Shown: one piece after another, positions 25,832-38,634 of the stretch
Layout of the letters: each line of letters begins with the position of its first letter
Position numbering within the stretch: position 1 is the stretch's first letter
Source of the DNA: Lama glama
Taxonomy: Eukaryota
DNA length: 64,000 nucleotides
Assembly (NCBI GenBank): GCA_028534125.1
Contig: CM052816.1
Coordinates: 58,654,001 to 58,718,000 of the forward strand
Direction: 5' to 3'
Program-made: the position numbers and the translations under genes
The notes under the pieces: model-generated
The model's database searches: none
The model's input: only the letters and a program-made list of their open reading frames with translations
Told to the model about the DNA's origin: nothing

Positions 25832-26084
25832 CTGGAAAGGAAGTTTCCCTTCAGGCCACTGTGTTCTTCAGTCATGCTAGATTCTCTCCCTTTAGGAAAT
25901 GATGTTACTGGTTCCTTGTGTATCTTTTCAGAGATTTTATGCCTGCAAAGCATGTGTGTGCTTGTGAACATTATTATTATTTTTTAAGCCTATGGTAGCA
26001 CACTATGCAAAATGTTCTCTATTTTTTTCATTTAATGTATTTTGGATATTATACCATCTCAGAACATACAGACCTTACTGTTCT

Positions 26085-26860
26085 TTATTTAAGATATAAT
26101 TTATATATATAAAGCACACCATTGTAAGGTGTACAATCCATTGGTTTTTATCATATTCACAAGATTGTGCAACTATCCAATTCTGTAACATTTTCATCAC
26201 CCCACTCAAAAGCAGCTCCATACCTGTTACCAGTCACTTCCCATTCTTCCCTTCTCCAATCTCTTGCTATCACTTAGTCTACTTACTGTCTCTATGGATT
26301 TGCATATTCTAGACAATTCATATAAATGAAATCGTATGGGGTCTTTTCTATCTGGCTTCTTTCACTTAGCATAGTGTTTTCGAGATCATCCACGTTTTAG
26401 CCTTTAGCCTTAGGAGTACTTCGTTCTTTTACATGGTCGGATAATGTTCCACTGAATGGCTATCCCACATTTTGTTTATCCATTCCATCAGTGACACAGA
26501 TGGGTTGCATCCACTTTGGGTATTATTAATTATGTTATGAACGTTTGTGTACAAGTTTTTGTGTAGCTGTGTCTTCAATTCTCTTGGAAACAGCTAAAAG
26601 GGAAATTGCTGGGTCATACTGCAATTGAATTTAACATTTTGAGGAAATGCCAAATTTTTCCAAAGTGACTGCTTTACTTTACATTCTCACCATACATGTA
26701 TAAGGGATCTACTTTCTCCACATCCTTGCCAGCACTTGCTACTGCCATCCTTTAGATGTACAGTCATATTTCATTTTGGTTTTGATTTATATTTTCCTAA
26801 TGTCTAATGATGTTGAGTGTCTCTCCATGTGCCTGTTAGTCATTTGTATACCTTCTTTGG
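26085..26860 (-). mobile_element. Old L1 (L1MB/MC-type) 3' fragment
   Basis: tggcttctttcacttagcata, ccacattttgtttatccatt, ctccacatccttgccagcacttg. Confidence 0.75.
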
Positions 26861-27112
26861 ATCACTAATCCTTGTATGTTTGCACAGAGCTCCATTAAGG
26901 TTGTGGCTTAATGAGTCCCCTATTGATAGACATTTACATTGTTTCCAGCTTTTTACTGAACAATGATACAAGAATGGTAAGAAAGAATAACACATAAAAT
27001 GAACTCTCTTAATTCACATGACTACTATCTGAGGTATAGGTATTATTTCCATTACAGGTGATAGAACCAAGGCACAAAAGGGTTAGGTGACTTACTCAAG
27101 ATCACAGCTAGG

Positions 27113-27641
27113 GACTGACAAGGGCTTAATTTCCAGAATATATAAACAGCTCATACAACTTAATAAAAAAAACAAACAACCCAATCCAAAAATTGGCAGA
27201 AGACCTAAACAAGCATTTCTCCAATGAAGACATACAAATGGCCAATTGGCACATGAAAAAAATGCTCAATATCAGTATCAGAGAAATGCAAATCAAAACT
27301 ACAATGAGGTATCATCTCACACCAGTCAGAATGGCCATCATTAAAAATTCCACAAAAACAGAAACAGACTCATAGACATAGAAAACAAACTTATGGTTAT
27401 TAGGGGGGAACAGGGGTGGGAGGGGATAAAATGGGAGTTTGAGATTTGCAGATATTAACTACTATGTATAAAATAAACAGTAAGTTTATACTGCATAGCA
27501 CAGGGAACTATATTCAATATCTTGTAACCTGTAATGAAAAAGAATATGAAAAGGAATATATATGTATATGTATGACTGAAGCATGCTGTATACCAGAAAT
27601 TGATGCAACATTTTAAACTGATTATACTTCAATTGAAAAAA
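27113..27641 (+). mobile_element. 5'-truncated, internally deleted L1 inserted in a MIR
   Basis: ORF2 peptide [12 protein letters not shown]...[15 protein letters not shown]1 3'UTR, A-tail; 15-bp TSD AAGATCACAGCTAGG at 27098-112 and 27642-56. Confidence 0.88.
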
Positions 27642-27880
27642 AAGATCACAGCTAGGAAGTATCAGAGACAGGATTCCATCTAAGCAGGGTCTTCCTCATT
27701 AAGTTGTGCTACCAAATGCATATGTAACTTTCGCACATGAGCAAGTTTATCTGTTGAGTAAATTCCTGGAAGAAATAGTATGCGAGCACATTTAGAAGGT
27801 TCGTTTTAATAAATACAGATTGCCTATTATGTATGTGCAAGGCTCCATGCCAATCACTGTGATGGGGAAGGCCTCTGAAG

Positions 27881-28935
27881 GTAATCCTAATGGATGTGAA
27901 GTGAAGTGGTCTCGTAGAGGTTTTAATTTGTATTTCCCTAATGAACTGAGCATCTTTTCATGTGTTTACTGGCCATGTACATATTTTCTTCAAAGAAATG
28001 GCTATTCAAATCAGTTGTCCATTTTTCAATTTGGTTATTTGTCTTTTTGTGATTTAGTTGTAAGAATTCTTTGTATTTTGGGGGTACTAGATCCTTATCA
28101 GATATTTAATTTGCTAGCTAGGATGGCTAGTATCAAAAAAAAAAAACAGAGAACAAGTGTTGATAAGGATATAGAGAAACTGGACTCCTCATACATAGCA
28201 AATGTTAATATGAAATGGTGCAGTTGCTTTGGAAAACCATTTGGTAGCTCCTCAAAATGCGAAACAGAGAGTAACATATGGCTCAACAATTGCATTCCTA
28301 GGAATAGAGATGAAAACAGACATCCACACAAAAACTTGTCCATGAATGCTCACAGCAGTGTTATTCCAAACAGCCAAAAACCGGAAACCACCCAAATGTT
28401 CTTCAATTGATAAATGGCTAAATAAGGGTGGTACCTCCATAAGATGGAATATTATACAGCCATAAAAAGAATGAATTACTGATACATGCTATGACATTCA
28501 TAAACCTTGAAAGCATTATGCTAAGAAAAAGGCCAGTCACAAAAGACCATATATTATAAGATTTCATTTATAAGAAATTTCCAGTCCAGGCAAATATAGA
28601 GACAGACATTAGAGTAGCAGTTATTTAGGGCTGGGCAGTAGAGAAGAAATGAGGAATGATTACTAATGGACAGAGGGTTTCTTCTGGGGGTGATGCAAAT
28701 GTTCTAAAATTGTGGTGGTGGTGGGAGGATATAGCTCAAATGGTAGAGCACATGCCTAGTATGCACAAGGTCCTGGGTTCAATCCAGTACCTCCTCTAAA
28801 AAAATAAGAAAACCTAATTATGTCCCCCCACAACAAAATATTAAAATTGTGGTGGTGATGGTTGCATTACTCTGAACTACCAAAAACCATTGAGTAGTAT
28901 ACTTTAAACTGTATGCTGTGTGTGGATACGTAAGG
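27881..28935. mobile_element. L1MB-type element with 5' inversion (27881-28113 minus; about 28116-28935 plus)
   Basis: Antisense ORF2 piece abuts a sense ORF2/3'UTR piece at gctagctagg. Confidence 0.75.
28721..28841 (+). mobile_element. tRNA-Ala-derived SINE nested in an L1 3' end
   Basis: 16-bp TSD TAAAATTGTGGTGGTG at 28705-20 and 28842-57. Confidence 0.88.
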
Positions 28936-29465
28936 TGTTAAATGCCTATCAGATTTGAAATGTAATCAAATTGGTAGTTACTAGTTTTTAAAGACATTGA
29001 GCAAATACATTTATGCAGTAGTTCAACATTGCACAAGAGTGATGTAAACCAACTCATGTCTTTCTAATAATAAATTTTATATGCATGCAACCAAAGTTTT
29101 GCATTAAATAGAGTTATTTAAATTTTTTTAGGAGGAGAGACTTGGATATTTTTAGGGTAAAGACCACTATTTTAAATGTTAAGTCAAAGTTTTAAGTGAA
29201 GAAAAATTATCTGGGGTTTGAAAAGCTACTGAATATGCTCACCATACTAAAGGAGATAGTAGGCAAATTAGCTTTAAAATTACAAACATATTGATCTTTT
29301 ATGATAATCTAAATCTCTGAGCATCTACTATGCTCATCAGGAGGAATTAGAGCCTCAATTCTAAGTCTGGGGTTCCACATATCTAGGTATATATATTTCC
29401 TCTGGGGAAATGGGTGGTTATGGGAAATGTGAACTGGATGTGGAGGAACGGAGGATTGAGAAGCT

Positions 29466-30117
29466 TGTTACTGAGAAAACAGGGTTTATTAATGATGAAG
29501 TAAAATTAACATTTTAAGGCAGGACAAGAAAAGTTAATCACTAACTTCTCTCTGTCCATTTGGGCCTCCTCCCTCCCTCCCTCCATAATGTGCAGGCTGC
29601 ATCTGCAGGACACATTAACCAGAGCTCCACAAAGATGGGAACGCCTGCTCCACCGTAAAGACAAATTTTTCCCTTTCTTCTGATGCTAGTCATGTAATTT
29701 CTTAAAATAATAGCATTCTTTCCCAACTCTGTACAGTCATGGTGACTCGATGCTCACTCTGTACGCGCATACCTGGACTGTGTAACGTTGGTGAACTTAA
29801 TGTAAAATATCAGTATGTCGTTTTTGATGTTTGATCCTTAGCCTCAAAAGTTTATATGACTGTGCCTTGGACTTCTAAGAGAACCGCTCTCAGAGCTTTT
29901 TGAGAGCCTGTCTTTCAAGTCATAATCCTGTTTGGTTCGAATAAAATTCCCTTTTTTCCTTTTTCTTTTTAATTAAAAAAAACCTTGTTTTTAATGTGGA
30001 GAGATAATTGGATTTATTTATTTAACAGAGGTACTGAGAATTGAACCCGCTTACCACTTAGCTATACCCTTCCCTCCCTTTATTCCTTCTTAACTGTTAA
30101 TTGAATTTTCTTTGATA
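29466..30117 (+). mobile_element. Probable solo ERV LTR upstream of the CCDC125 CpG island
   Basis: Starts TG, TATA-like tttatatg near 29852, AATAAA at 29940, SINE inserted in the distal part; family not identified. Confidence 0.45.
29985..30074 (-). mobile_element. tRNA-Ala-derived SINE with internal deletion of the anticodon arm
   Basis: gaggtactgagaattgaaccc joined directly to taccacttagctataccc. Confidence 0.75.
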
Positions 30118-30299
30118 TTAGTTTATTTCTAGACCAGAGTAATCATTGAATCCGGCCAAGTTTTTCTGACCACTATGAAATTCCTTCAGCTATTTCAAGG
30201 ATGTTGAGAATTAGGGAATGATATCAAAATCACTGCACCAAGGTGAAAAAGCTAATGACCCAGCACGTTTTTACTGGGGTTAGAGGGAGGTAGGGCCCT

Positions 30300-31030
30300 T
30301 CTCAGCAAATCCGCAACAATGGGTTGCGTGAGTAGCAGCTTTCTAGACCCAGAGGGCCTGCCCTCTCGTCCTTCCCACGGCCTCGCCTTTGCCCCGGCAG
30401 TTCGCTTGGCCTACAAGGCCCCCTCCTTTCTCAGCACAGAGAGTCCGCTCTGCAAGGTCCACCGCCACCGCCGAGCTACAGCTCAGCTCCATCCTTCTCT
30501 TACGCGACTCCTAGACGCCTGTTTCAACCAGGTAATTTTACCTTCATTGACGCACACCCGGTCTCTTCGTGTTTTTCTACGTCTCGAACTATTATTTATA
30601 AGTCGGTTGCGCGTAGCTGGCTCAGTTAAGGGCCTCGGAGTCGGGCAGAGACAGCAGCCCCGCAGGCTAACGGGGTGAGCTAGAGCGGCGGCGCAGAAGC
30701 CGGGGGCGGGGCCGGGACCGGAACCGGAACCCAGGCTGCTCTGCTCACCTTTCCGGTCGGGGCCGCGCCGCGCGGTCACGTGGCTGGAGTAGCGGCGGCG
30801 CGCGCGGCGCGGAGGCTGGGGGCCCGGTGAGCGCGCTAAGGTAGCGGGGGAGGGGAGCGGCGCGAGGCGGCGGGGTCCTGCTGGCGGAGACGGGGTTCCG
30901 GTTTCCTCCACCAGCTGCGGCTACCCGGGAGGGTGCGGGGGACAGACCCCGGGGCGGAGCTGCGCAGATTCGAGAAACTCGGCAGGCTGTGAACGAGCTG
31001 GCAAACTGGCTCCTTCCTTCGTAGTTTAAT
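30300..31030 (+). promoter_or_regulatory. CCDC125: CpG island / promoter and non-coding first exon of CCDC125
   Basis: Dense CpG; GC box near 30703, tandem CCGGAA at 30718 and 30724, E-box GTCACGTG 30775-82; candidate donors CCG|GTGAGC (30827), GGG|GTGAGC (30675), CAG|GTAATT (near 30532). Confidence 0.8.
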
Positions 31031-31139
31031 GGCCCCGTCTGATATTGCAGAAATAAGGAATAGAATTGAAAGACTGTTTATGCCTCTTTCCGCTACTAAT
31101 TATTGTTTTGTTAACTTTTATTTTTTTTAATTAATTTTG

Positions 31140-31425
31140 AACCGTAAAGCAACAGCCGCTAAATGCAATGTGGTGTCCTGGATTGGATTTTGGAACAGAA
31201 AAAGGACTTCAGTAGAAAAACTGGGGAAATCTTGATAAAGGAGGTAATTTAGTTATGTATGTTGGTTATGTAGTTAGGTGCATGCATCAATGTTAATTTC
31301 TTATTTTTGATAAGTATACCTTAATATTACATTAGAGGAATTTGAGTTAAGGGTATACATGAGCTCACTGTACTATCTTTGCAAATTACTGTAAATCTAA
31401 AATTATTTTAACATAAAAATTTAAA
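31140..31425 (+). mobile_element. Old L1 3' end
   Basis: ctaaatgcaatgtggtgtcctggattggattttggaacagaaaaaggac...tgtaaatctaaaattatt. Confidence 0.75.
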
Positions 31426-33944
31426 CAGAATCCTACAGCGATATGCAGCAGACCAATGTTTACCGAAAGAGCTGAAGTTAGTTCCTTTTTGCCAAGCCTG
31501 ACAGGAATTAGCTGTCTGTTTGATCAACTTGTTTGCTAAGGAAGGTCCGGCTAGTGGGTGTGGCTGCTTCTAGTTCAAGTTTTATGGGCAGGAAATCTGT
31601 TTTGTCTTTCAGTTCCATCCAGTGGATGTCTTTGGAACACCTGTTATACACAAGTAAATGAGACACACGTGTTCCCTGCCCCCAGTGCAATAAAAATGCA
31701 AGTTAGGTAGGAAGTAAGGACTATTTGAAAGGTGCAACACAGAGCTGGAAGGGTTCAGAGGTAGGAGAAATCACCTCTGGCCCAGGGGAGTCAGGCTACT
31801 GGAGAGAGTGGCTGTCGTGAACTGAGGGGGCCTGAGAGGAGAATGCATTCCTGGAGAATAGCTCCAGCAGAGGCTTTTAGGAGAGGAGGCGAGGGAGCCT
31901 GGGAGCAGGTACAAAAGTGGGAGCAAAGCACATGCCCAGGGGCTACTGACGCAGATGGCACAGGAAGTGAAGACTGGAGTTTTCTTATAGAAAACAAGGT
32001 GACACTTAATATTAATTGTATATGCCATGGGAGCTGTGGAATGTTTTGGGGCAAGAGGGGGGCATCATTATGTCTGTGCTTGGAGATGATTGACTAGGCA
32101 GCAGTGTGTAGGATGGCTTACAGTAGATCACTTAGGGAAGCATTGGTTTAGCCCAGGGAAGTCACAGAAATTCAACCACGGCTCTGAAGTTGATATACAT
32201 AGAATAACATGGTTTGGGGAGATTTTGTGGACCTAGAGAACATCAAAAAGAAAAGAAAAAAAAAAAACCAAAATCCCAAAGTTTTGGCCCTGGGTGTTTT
32301 GGAGCATGGTGGATGGATTTGCAGAAATAGAGGACTCAGGAGAACCCTGGGGTGGGGATGGAGAGGGCAAGCAATTTGTTTTTTGAACAAGCTGCATTTG
32401 AACTGCTGGCAGAATACCCAGCTGGAGATGTGTATTTAAGAGTGTTGAGGAGTGGAAGCCAAACATACAGAGGGGACAAGAAGAGGAAAGGGAGCCCCAG
32501 CGGACAGATAGGAGGTAGCTGGGGATTCCTGTTGGGTTAGGAGCCAAGATGGCCCTGTGGCCTGGACATGGAAAGTCTGTGGTATCACGGCTTCTGCAGA
32601 GGTGGAGGACCCTGAGGAATGAGGCTAGATCTTGGATTTAGCAAATTAGGAAAACACACATCACTTTTCAGAGTTGCTTTAGTGGAAAAGTCAATTATCT
32701 GCTCTTAGCCTGTAGTCTGTTCATCCCATGGCCTTTCCCAAGTGGGCCAGGAGCCAGAGAGATGGCTTCTAGTTCTGGCTCTGCCACTACCTGTGTAATT
32801 TTGAGCAAGTCATGTATGCCTGGACTGGCATAGGAAGACATTTGCCTTAATAAAACCAAAAGGACCCTTTTATTCCTAGCAACACCTTAAAGTCCACAGA
32901 GCCCAGGTTCCATGGGGCACACTTTAGAAAATGCTGATACAGAACCAGAATTTTAGAGCTCTGAAGAACCAAAGAATTTTGTCCAATTCCCTCACTGAAC
33001 AAATGAGTAAACTAATACTCAGTGAATACTGATTTCAAATATATCATATTGATGGGACCCAAAATACCCCTATAAAGTAGTTATGCTTAAACCTGTTTTG
33101 GAGATTCAAAAACAGGCTCTGAGAAGTTAAATGACTTTCCCAGGATCACAGAGCAGCCAGTGGTGGTGTGAGATTTGAACCCAGGCCCCTAAGTCAGGGC
33201 CTTCTCTGTCCCACTTCCTGTTGCCCCACTGGTTGTCAGCACTGAATGCGTTTAAAACTGGTTGAATGGAATGCTAGTAACTTCAAACATTTTCCCTTTC
33301 TTAGAAGGAATGTGTTCCAAAAGTCAGGTTCAGTTTGACCGCATTACATATATATGTTACTATTAGTACATAAAAGCGGGAGAGTACACAGCCAACAGTT
33401 CCCGAAGTTACATTTTAAGAAACAGTGCCTTAGACCATGTGAAAGCTCATTATGTTTCATCAGCTCTGAGGAGTGGGAAGACAGAGGCCTGAATAGATGC
33501 GGCCTGTTGAAAAATACTCTGAGCTGATCCTGTGATTGCTTACTCTTTCCTCTTACTGCTGTTTTCCTTTGCTTTGACCAAGTCCATTGTCTTCACTGCT
33601 GGCCTCCTGACCCTGACCACACCCTTCTTAACAGACGCATGAGGCTGCATTTACTAGAGGTAAAACACTGCCTCTTTGGGATTATTCTTTGATTCAATAA
33701 GTAATTTCTTACCTACCTTGACAAATAAAAATAGACTCACTTATTTAGGAAATAAACCTGTAAAGGAACCAAGATGATTTTATAAAAAAAATTGGAGGGA
33801 TAAAATGGCTCCAATATACTGTGTGGAGTGTTGCCCAAACTAGCAATTTTAGACTTTTACTCTCAGTTCTAATTGATGTCATAAATAATGGAAACTTGGT
33901 TTACTTTGATGTTAATCTCACTGGAATTCTCTGAAAGATATAAA

Positions 33945-34182
33945 GCAGTGGCTGAGAGAGTCTGAGAGTATGTGACATCAAGGGCCTGGATTCAGAATCT
34001 GCTTCTACCTCTTGTTAGCTGTGTTACTTAACCTCTCTGTGCTTCAGTTTAATTGTCTATACTTAAACAATAATGGTATTATCTTGCAAAGTGTTTGTGA
34101 AGATTAAATAGAATAATCTAAGTAGAGCACTTAGAATACTGCCCAGCATACAGAAAGCAAGCAACCAATGCCAGCTATTATT
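33945..34182 (+). mobile_element. MIR
   Basis: ttacttaacctctctgtgcttcagttt...gtgaagattaaat...gagcacttagaa. Confidence 0.72.
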
Positions 34183-34334
34183 ATATCTTGTTTTTAAAAC
34201 TGTTGCCAGTTTAAGGCATCCAGTTTAATAATTTTCTTATCTAGGAGGGCACACCCAGTTAACATCTCATCTTTCCTCCTAATCCAGTTAAAATGTCCCT
34301 TATTTTTTTCTGTGTTTAAAAGAATTTTTTAAAC

Positions 34335-35032
34335 ATTATTTAAGAGGTATAATTTACATATAATAAAATGTACCATTGTAAGTATGTAGTTTGATGAGTT
34401 TTGACTACAAACCATCATTTCAGTCAATATATAAGGCTTTTTCATCACCTTGGAAAAATTCCCCCATGCCCTTTGAAGTCAACCTCCCCACCCCAGGCAA
34501 CCACTGATTTGTTGTCTGTCATGTACATTAGTTTTGTCAGGATTTCATACAGTATGTGGTTCTTCTGTTAGCATAATGTAAGATTCATCCATATTATTGC
34601 ATATATCAGAAATTTATTATTTATTACTGAATATATTCTGTTGTATGGATGTACCACAGTTTGTCCACTTTCCTGTTGATGGACATTTGGGTTGTTTTTA
34701 GTTTTTTGGCTAATTTGAATAATGCTATGAACATCTATGCAGACATTTCTGTGTGAACATATGTCTTTGTTTCTCTTGAATAGATACTAAGAATGCAATT
34801 GTTGGGTCACTTGTTTGAAAGAAACGGTCAAGCTTTTTCACAGTGGTTGTACCATTTAATACTCCTGCCAGCAGTGGATGTGGATGCCCACATCCTTGGC
34901 AACACCCGGAACTGGCAGTGGTGTGTGGGGGAATCGCATTGTACTTTAAATCTGCAGTTCCCTCATGACTAATGACATGAGCCTCTTTCCATCTACGTGT
35001 CTTCTTTTATGATGTATCTCTTCAAGTCTTTT
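34335..35032 (-). mobile_element. Old L1 3' fragment
   Basis: ccaggcaaccactgat, tatggatgtaccacagtttg, cctgttgatggacatttgggttgttt. Confidence 0.72.
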
Positions 35033-35261
35033 AAGGGCCTTTGTTTTTAAATGTTGAAAATGTTGACCCTAAAAACAACAGACCCTTCAAACATGATAGG
35101 TTTATTTGGCATCTATATGTGGTTTTAATAGTGGGAGACTAAGAGAGAGAATTCAGCAAAAATACAAGGCTGAGATTTAATTATTTTTGAACGTCCTGGT
35201 AAGCAACTACTTACACAGCAGAATATTTAGAAAGGATGTCAGATGTGTTTGTTTTCCTTTT

Positions 35262-35400
35262 GTGTGTGTGTGTGTGTGTTTTGAGGGGGAAGTAATTAGA
35301 TTTAGTTATTTATTTTTTGGAGGAGGTACTGGGGATTGAACCCAGGACCTTGTGCATGCTAAGCATGCTCTCTACCACTTGAACTATACCCTTCCCTCTA
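35262..35400 (-). mobile_element. tRNA-Ala-derived SINE with (CA)n tail
   Basis: Full tRNA-like head; flanked by ttttcctttt repeats. Confidence 0.87.
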
Positions 35401-36818
35401 TTTTCCTTTTTTTCAAAAGTGAGTCTTGAGACAAGGATGAAATATTTCTAAACCACTTCAGCAAAGCAGCTATTTTGAAATGACTGGTGGCGAAAGTCCC
35501 TCTTAACTGCACTCTGGACTGGAGGGACAAGGCTGAGCATTTCACGGGCTCTCCAGCCACCAGGTGGGCCAGTGTCACCAGGTAGGTGCCCACTGCTGTC
35601 TCTGCACAGGAGGGCTCAGTGATGGGGTTGTCTCTGCAGGGCATTTTTACCTGGAGTTAGCCCCAGTTATCCAACGGAAAGCCTTATTGAGGTGACTGTT
35701 TTGTTTTTCTTCCCCAGAGGCAAGTATTTCAGTTTGTTGATTCCTACCTTCCTTCGTTAACTTATTTAAAAGTGTGTATTGAGCATGGATCATGTCTCAG
35801 ATACTGTTTAGGCATTGGGAATGCAGTGTGACCCAAAAAGATAAAAATCTCTACCTTGTAGAGCCTGCAGTCCACTTGGGGCCCTGGGGGTGGGTTTGGG
35901 CTCTGGCAGAGGAACTGTCCCGGTCGCCCTACCTTTTGAGAAGCATCACAGGCAGGCCAGAGCCACCTCCTGCTTCCCTGGGCTCCCTTTTGTACTATGT
36001 TAGAAGGTCCTAAGGGATAAGGAGAAAAATTGAGGTGAGAAGTGGGATAGGGAGGAGGAGTTTGTAGTTTTAGATGCGGTGCCAGGAAAAGCCCCACTGA
36101 GAAGGTAACACTGAAGGAAGGACCCAGAGGAGGTGAGAGACCAGCTGTGCATCTGTCTGGGGGAAGAGCGGTCCAGGCATTGGGGCAGGAATGTCTGGCT
36201 CAGTCATTCTGACCCAGGGTGAGGGCACGAGGCCGAGATGAGCAGGGAGGCCCCTCACCATTGGAAGGGTTTTGGCTTCTACTCTGTGTTGTGCAACAGT
36301 GGAGGGTTTTGCACACAGGTGTGGCATGATTTGAGAAAGGGAGGGAGGGACAATGGCAGGGACAATCCCACCTATCGCTGTCCCAACAAAACCTCTCCTA
36401 ATTGTGTTGTGCACAGAAATAGAAAATGAACCAAGTAGAGCTGTAGGAGAGTGCGTCAGAGCCTCGAGCACCTGAAGTCCGTCAAGGGCCTGAGGGACTG
36501 AGGCAGGATGGTCCTAGTCATTGGAAGCTGGTTTTTCAGAGGCTTTTCTGAATTTTGTACAGATCTTAAGCATATGAAAACTGAACCCTTTACTTCGCAA
36601 GCTTGTGTGTCAAGAATGTTCTGTTTCCTTGGCAAAGGCTGCCCTGCTGTATTCTGATCAGTAGATTATTGGATTCAGTAAAAGCCTTTCCTGCTTCCTT
36701 GGAAATAAGGAACTGGATCTTTTCTTACCTAAAAAGTCCTGGAATGTTAAATACCTTGAATTGGATTACAAGGGGCATTTGTGGGCTATGCCTGCATAGT
36801 ATAGAAAAGGACTTTTCT

Positions 36819-36991
36819 AAGGACCTACTGTAGAGCACAGAGAACTGTATTCAATTTCTTATAACATATAATGGAAAAGAATCTAAAAAGAAAAAAAAAT
36901 ATGTATGTATATGTAGAACTGAATCACTTTGCTCTACACCTGAAACTAACATTGTAAATCAACTATACTTCAATACAAATTTTTTTTTTTT
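36819..36991 (+). mobile_element. Short artiodactyl-type L1 3' end about 80 nt upstream of CCDC125 exon 2
   Basis: aaggacctactgtagagcacag...acacctgaaactaacattgtaaatcaactatacttcaata. Confidence 0.8.
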
Positions 36992-37111
36992 AAAAAGAGA
37001 CTTTTCCTCCCTGGCAAACCCAACTTTTATTATACTGATGGCTTTTTAACTACTATTTTTCTTAACTGCAGATAACCTGTTTATCCTGATGGTAAAGAAG
37101 GCACGTGGCTG

Positions 37112-37421
37112 ATGAGCAGGGTGGCGAGGCCGCCGAGTGAGGCAGAGGGTCCAGCCTGGGAGACAGAGGACGAAGACACGGCAGAAGGCGATTTAGGGTA
37201 TGGCCTTGGAAGAAGACCCGGCGGGATTTATGAAGCTCAAGTTTCACATTTATTTACGTCTAGAAAAAGTTCAGATGGGAAGAATTTTAGTCCTCCCCCA
37301 TTTTCAAGAAACAAGGAAGAAAGAAATGGAGCCACTTTTCAGTATTCCAAGCATAAGAGCGTGCCGGATACGTACCTGGAAGGGACCCGAATTTCCCATC
37401 GCAGACGACAGAGTAGCACTG
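37112..37421 (+). CDS. CCDC125: CCDC125 first coding exon (MSRVARPP...RRQSST); exon starts at 37072
   Basis: actgcag| acceptor 37071; CTG|GTAAGA donor; EGDLGYGLGRRPGGIYE matches recalled CCDC125. Confidence 0.92.
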
Positions 37422-38634
37422 GTAAGAATGCCCAGTGTCCTCTTCCTCCTCCTCCTTTCTGCCCCGTGTCACCCCTCCGACACATGAAGGTGAGTCTCCA
37501 TCGTGGATTTTAGACATTTATCTTAATTCACCTCTACGGACTGGTGATGATACGAAAGTAATCAGTGTTTCTATTTCCAAGTATTATGCAAATTGGGGAG
37601 TACAGTAGTTACTCTGCGTCAGTACATGTATGTTATATCAGTAAGTGATTGCCTTCCTTGCTTTTTTTTTAAAGTAGTGGTGTACTTCATTTGGGTTTTT
37701 TTTTTTTTTTGGTCTTATTTAACATTTATTGGTTACCTAGTAGGTGTCTGGGACAGTTCTAGTCTCTGAGAACAGCATCAGTGAACAAAATAGTCAAAGG
37801 ACCTAATGTCATGGAGTTCACATTCTAGTAGAGGAAACAGAATAAACCAGCAAATCAACCACTGTAGAACATCAAGCAGTGGTAGGTGAAAAGCTAGTGA
37901 TTGGAGGGGCTGGGTGCTGCCATCGCAGGCAAGGGTCAAGGGTGGCCTCTCTAAGGAGGTGGCATTTGAGCACTGCAGGTCTGGTGTTTATCTGGGGAAG
38001 GAGAGTTACAGGCAGAGCACATTGACTTCGGGTTACTTTAGGGATGTCATAAAATTCCACCAAAATATCAAAACAAAATTAATCTTAATCTATCCTAACT
38101 AAAAATAAATTATGCTCTATGCTAAAGAGAGAATAAAAATTCAGACTCATACTGTGAGAAAATGTTACACCTCCGAAGTGAAGTGATCGGGACCTGGTGG
38201 GCAAGTCCCAGCCTGCACTGCGTGTGGCGCAGCTCCTGTGTGATTGAATCTTCTGTAATCTGCATTGTGAAACTTCCCCACCAAAGTGGAACAGACACAA
38301 ATTAGAACAACATGAAAATAATTTAAGGAACATGGGTTCAGATTTACAAAAAACATGTTGCAGCCGAGGATCTATCTCCATCCTTCAAAATTCTTCTTGA
38401 AATTAGGATGGGATTATTTATATATTTTTCTTCCAATTCCTTATCATGCATAGAGGATAGATACTGTTTTACAAGCAAGATGTTGAAAACTGAACATCAT
38501 GATATGATGTCTTTACATGAGGAAATACCACTGCGTTGTAAACAAGATGTAATAGCAGTGGTGTGAGTGCGTATTTTGTTAGGTTATGGACTTTTATCTT
38601 TTTATCAGAGTTGACTTATCCCAAGTAAGTATAT

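Noticed and set aside
27820..28410. 196-aa ORF
   Set aside because: Chance fusion across the L1 inversion junction
30319..30911. 119-aa and 142-aa ORFs at the CCDC125 promoter
   Set aside because: Low-complexity Arg/Pro/Gly translations of a CpG island with no recognisable domain
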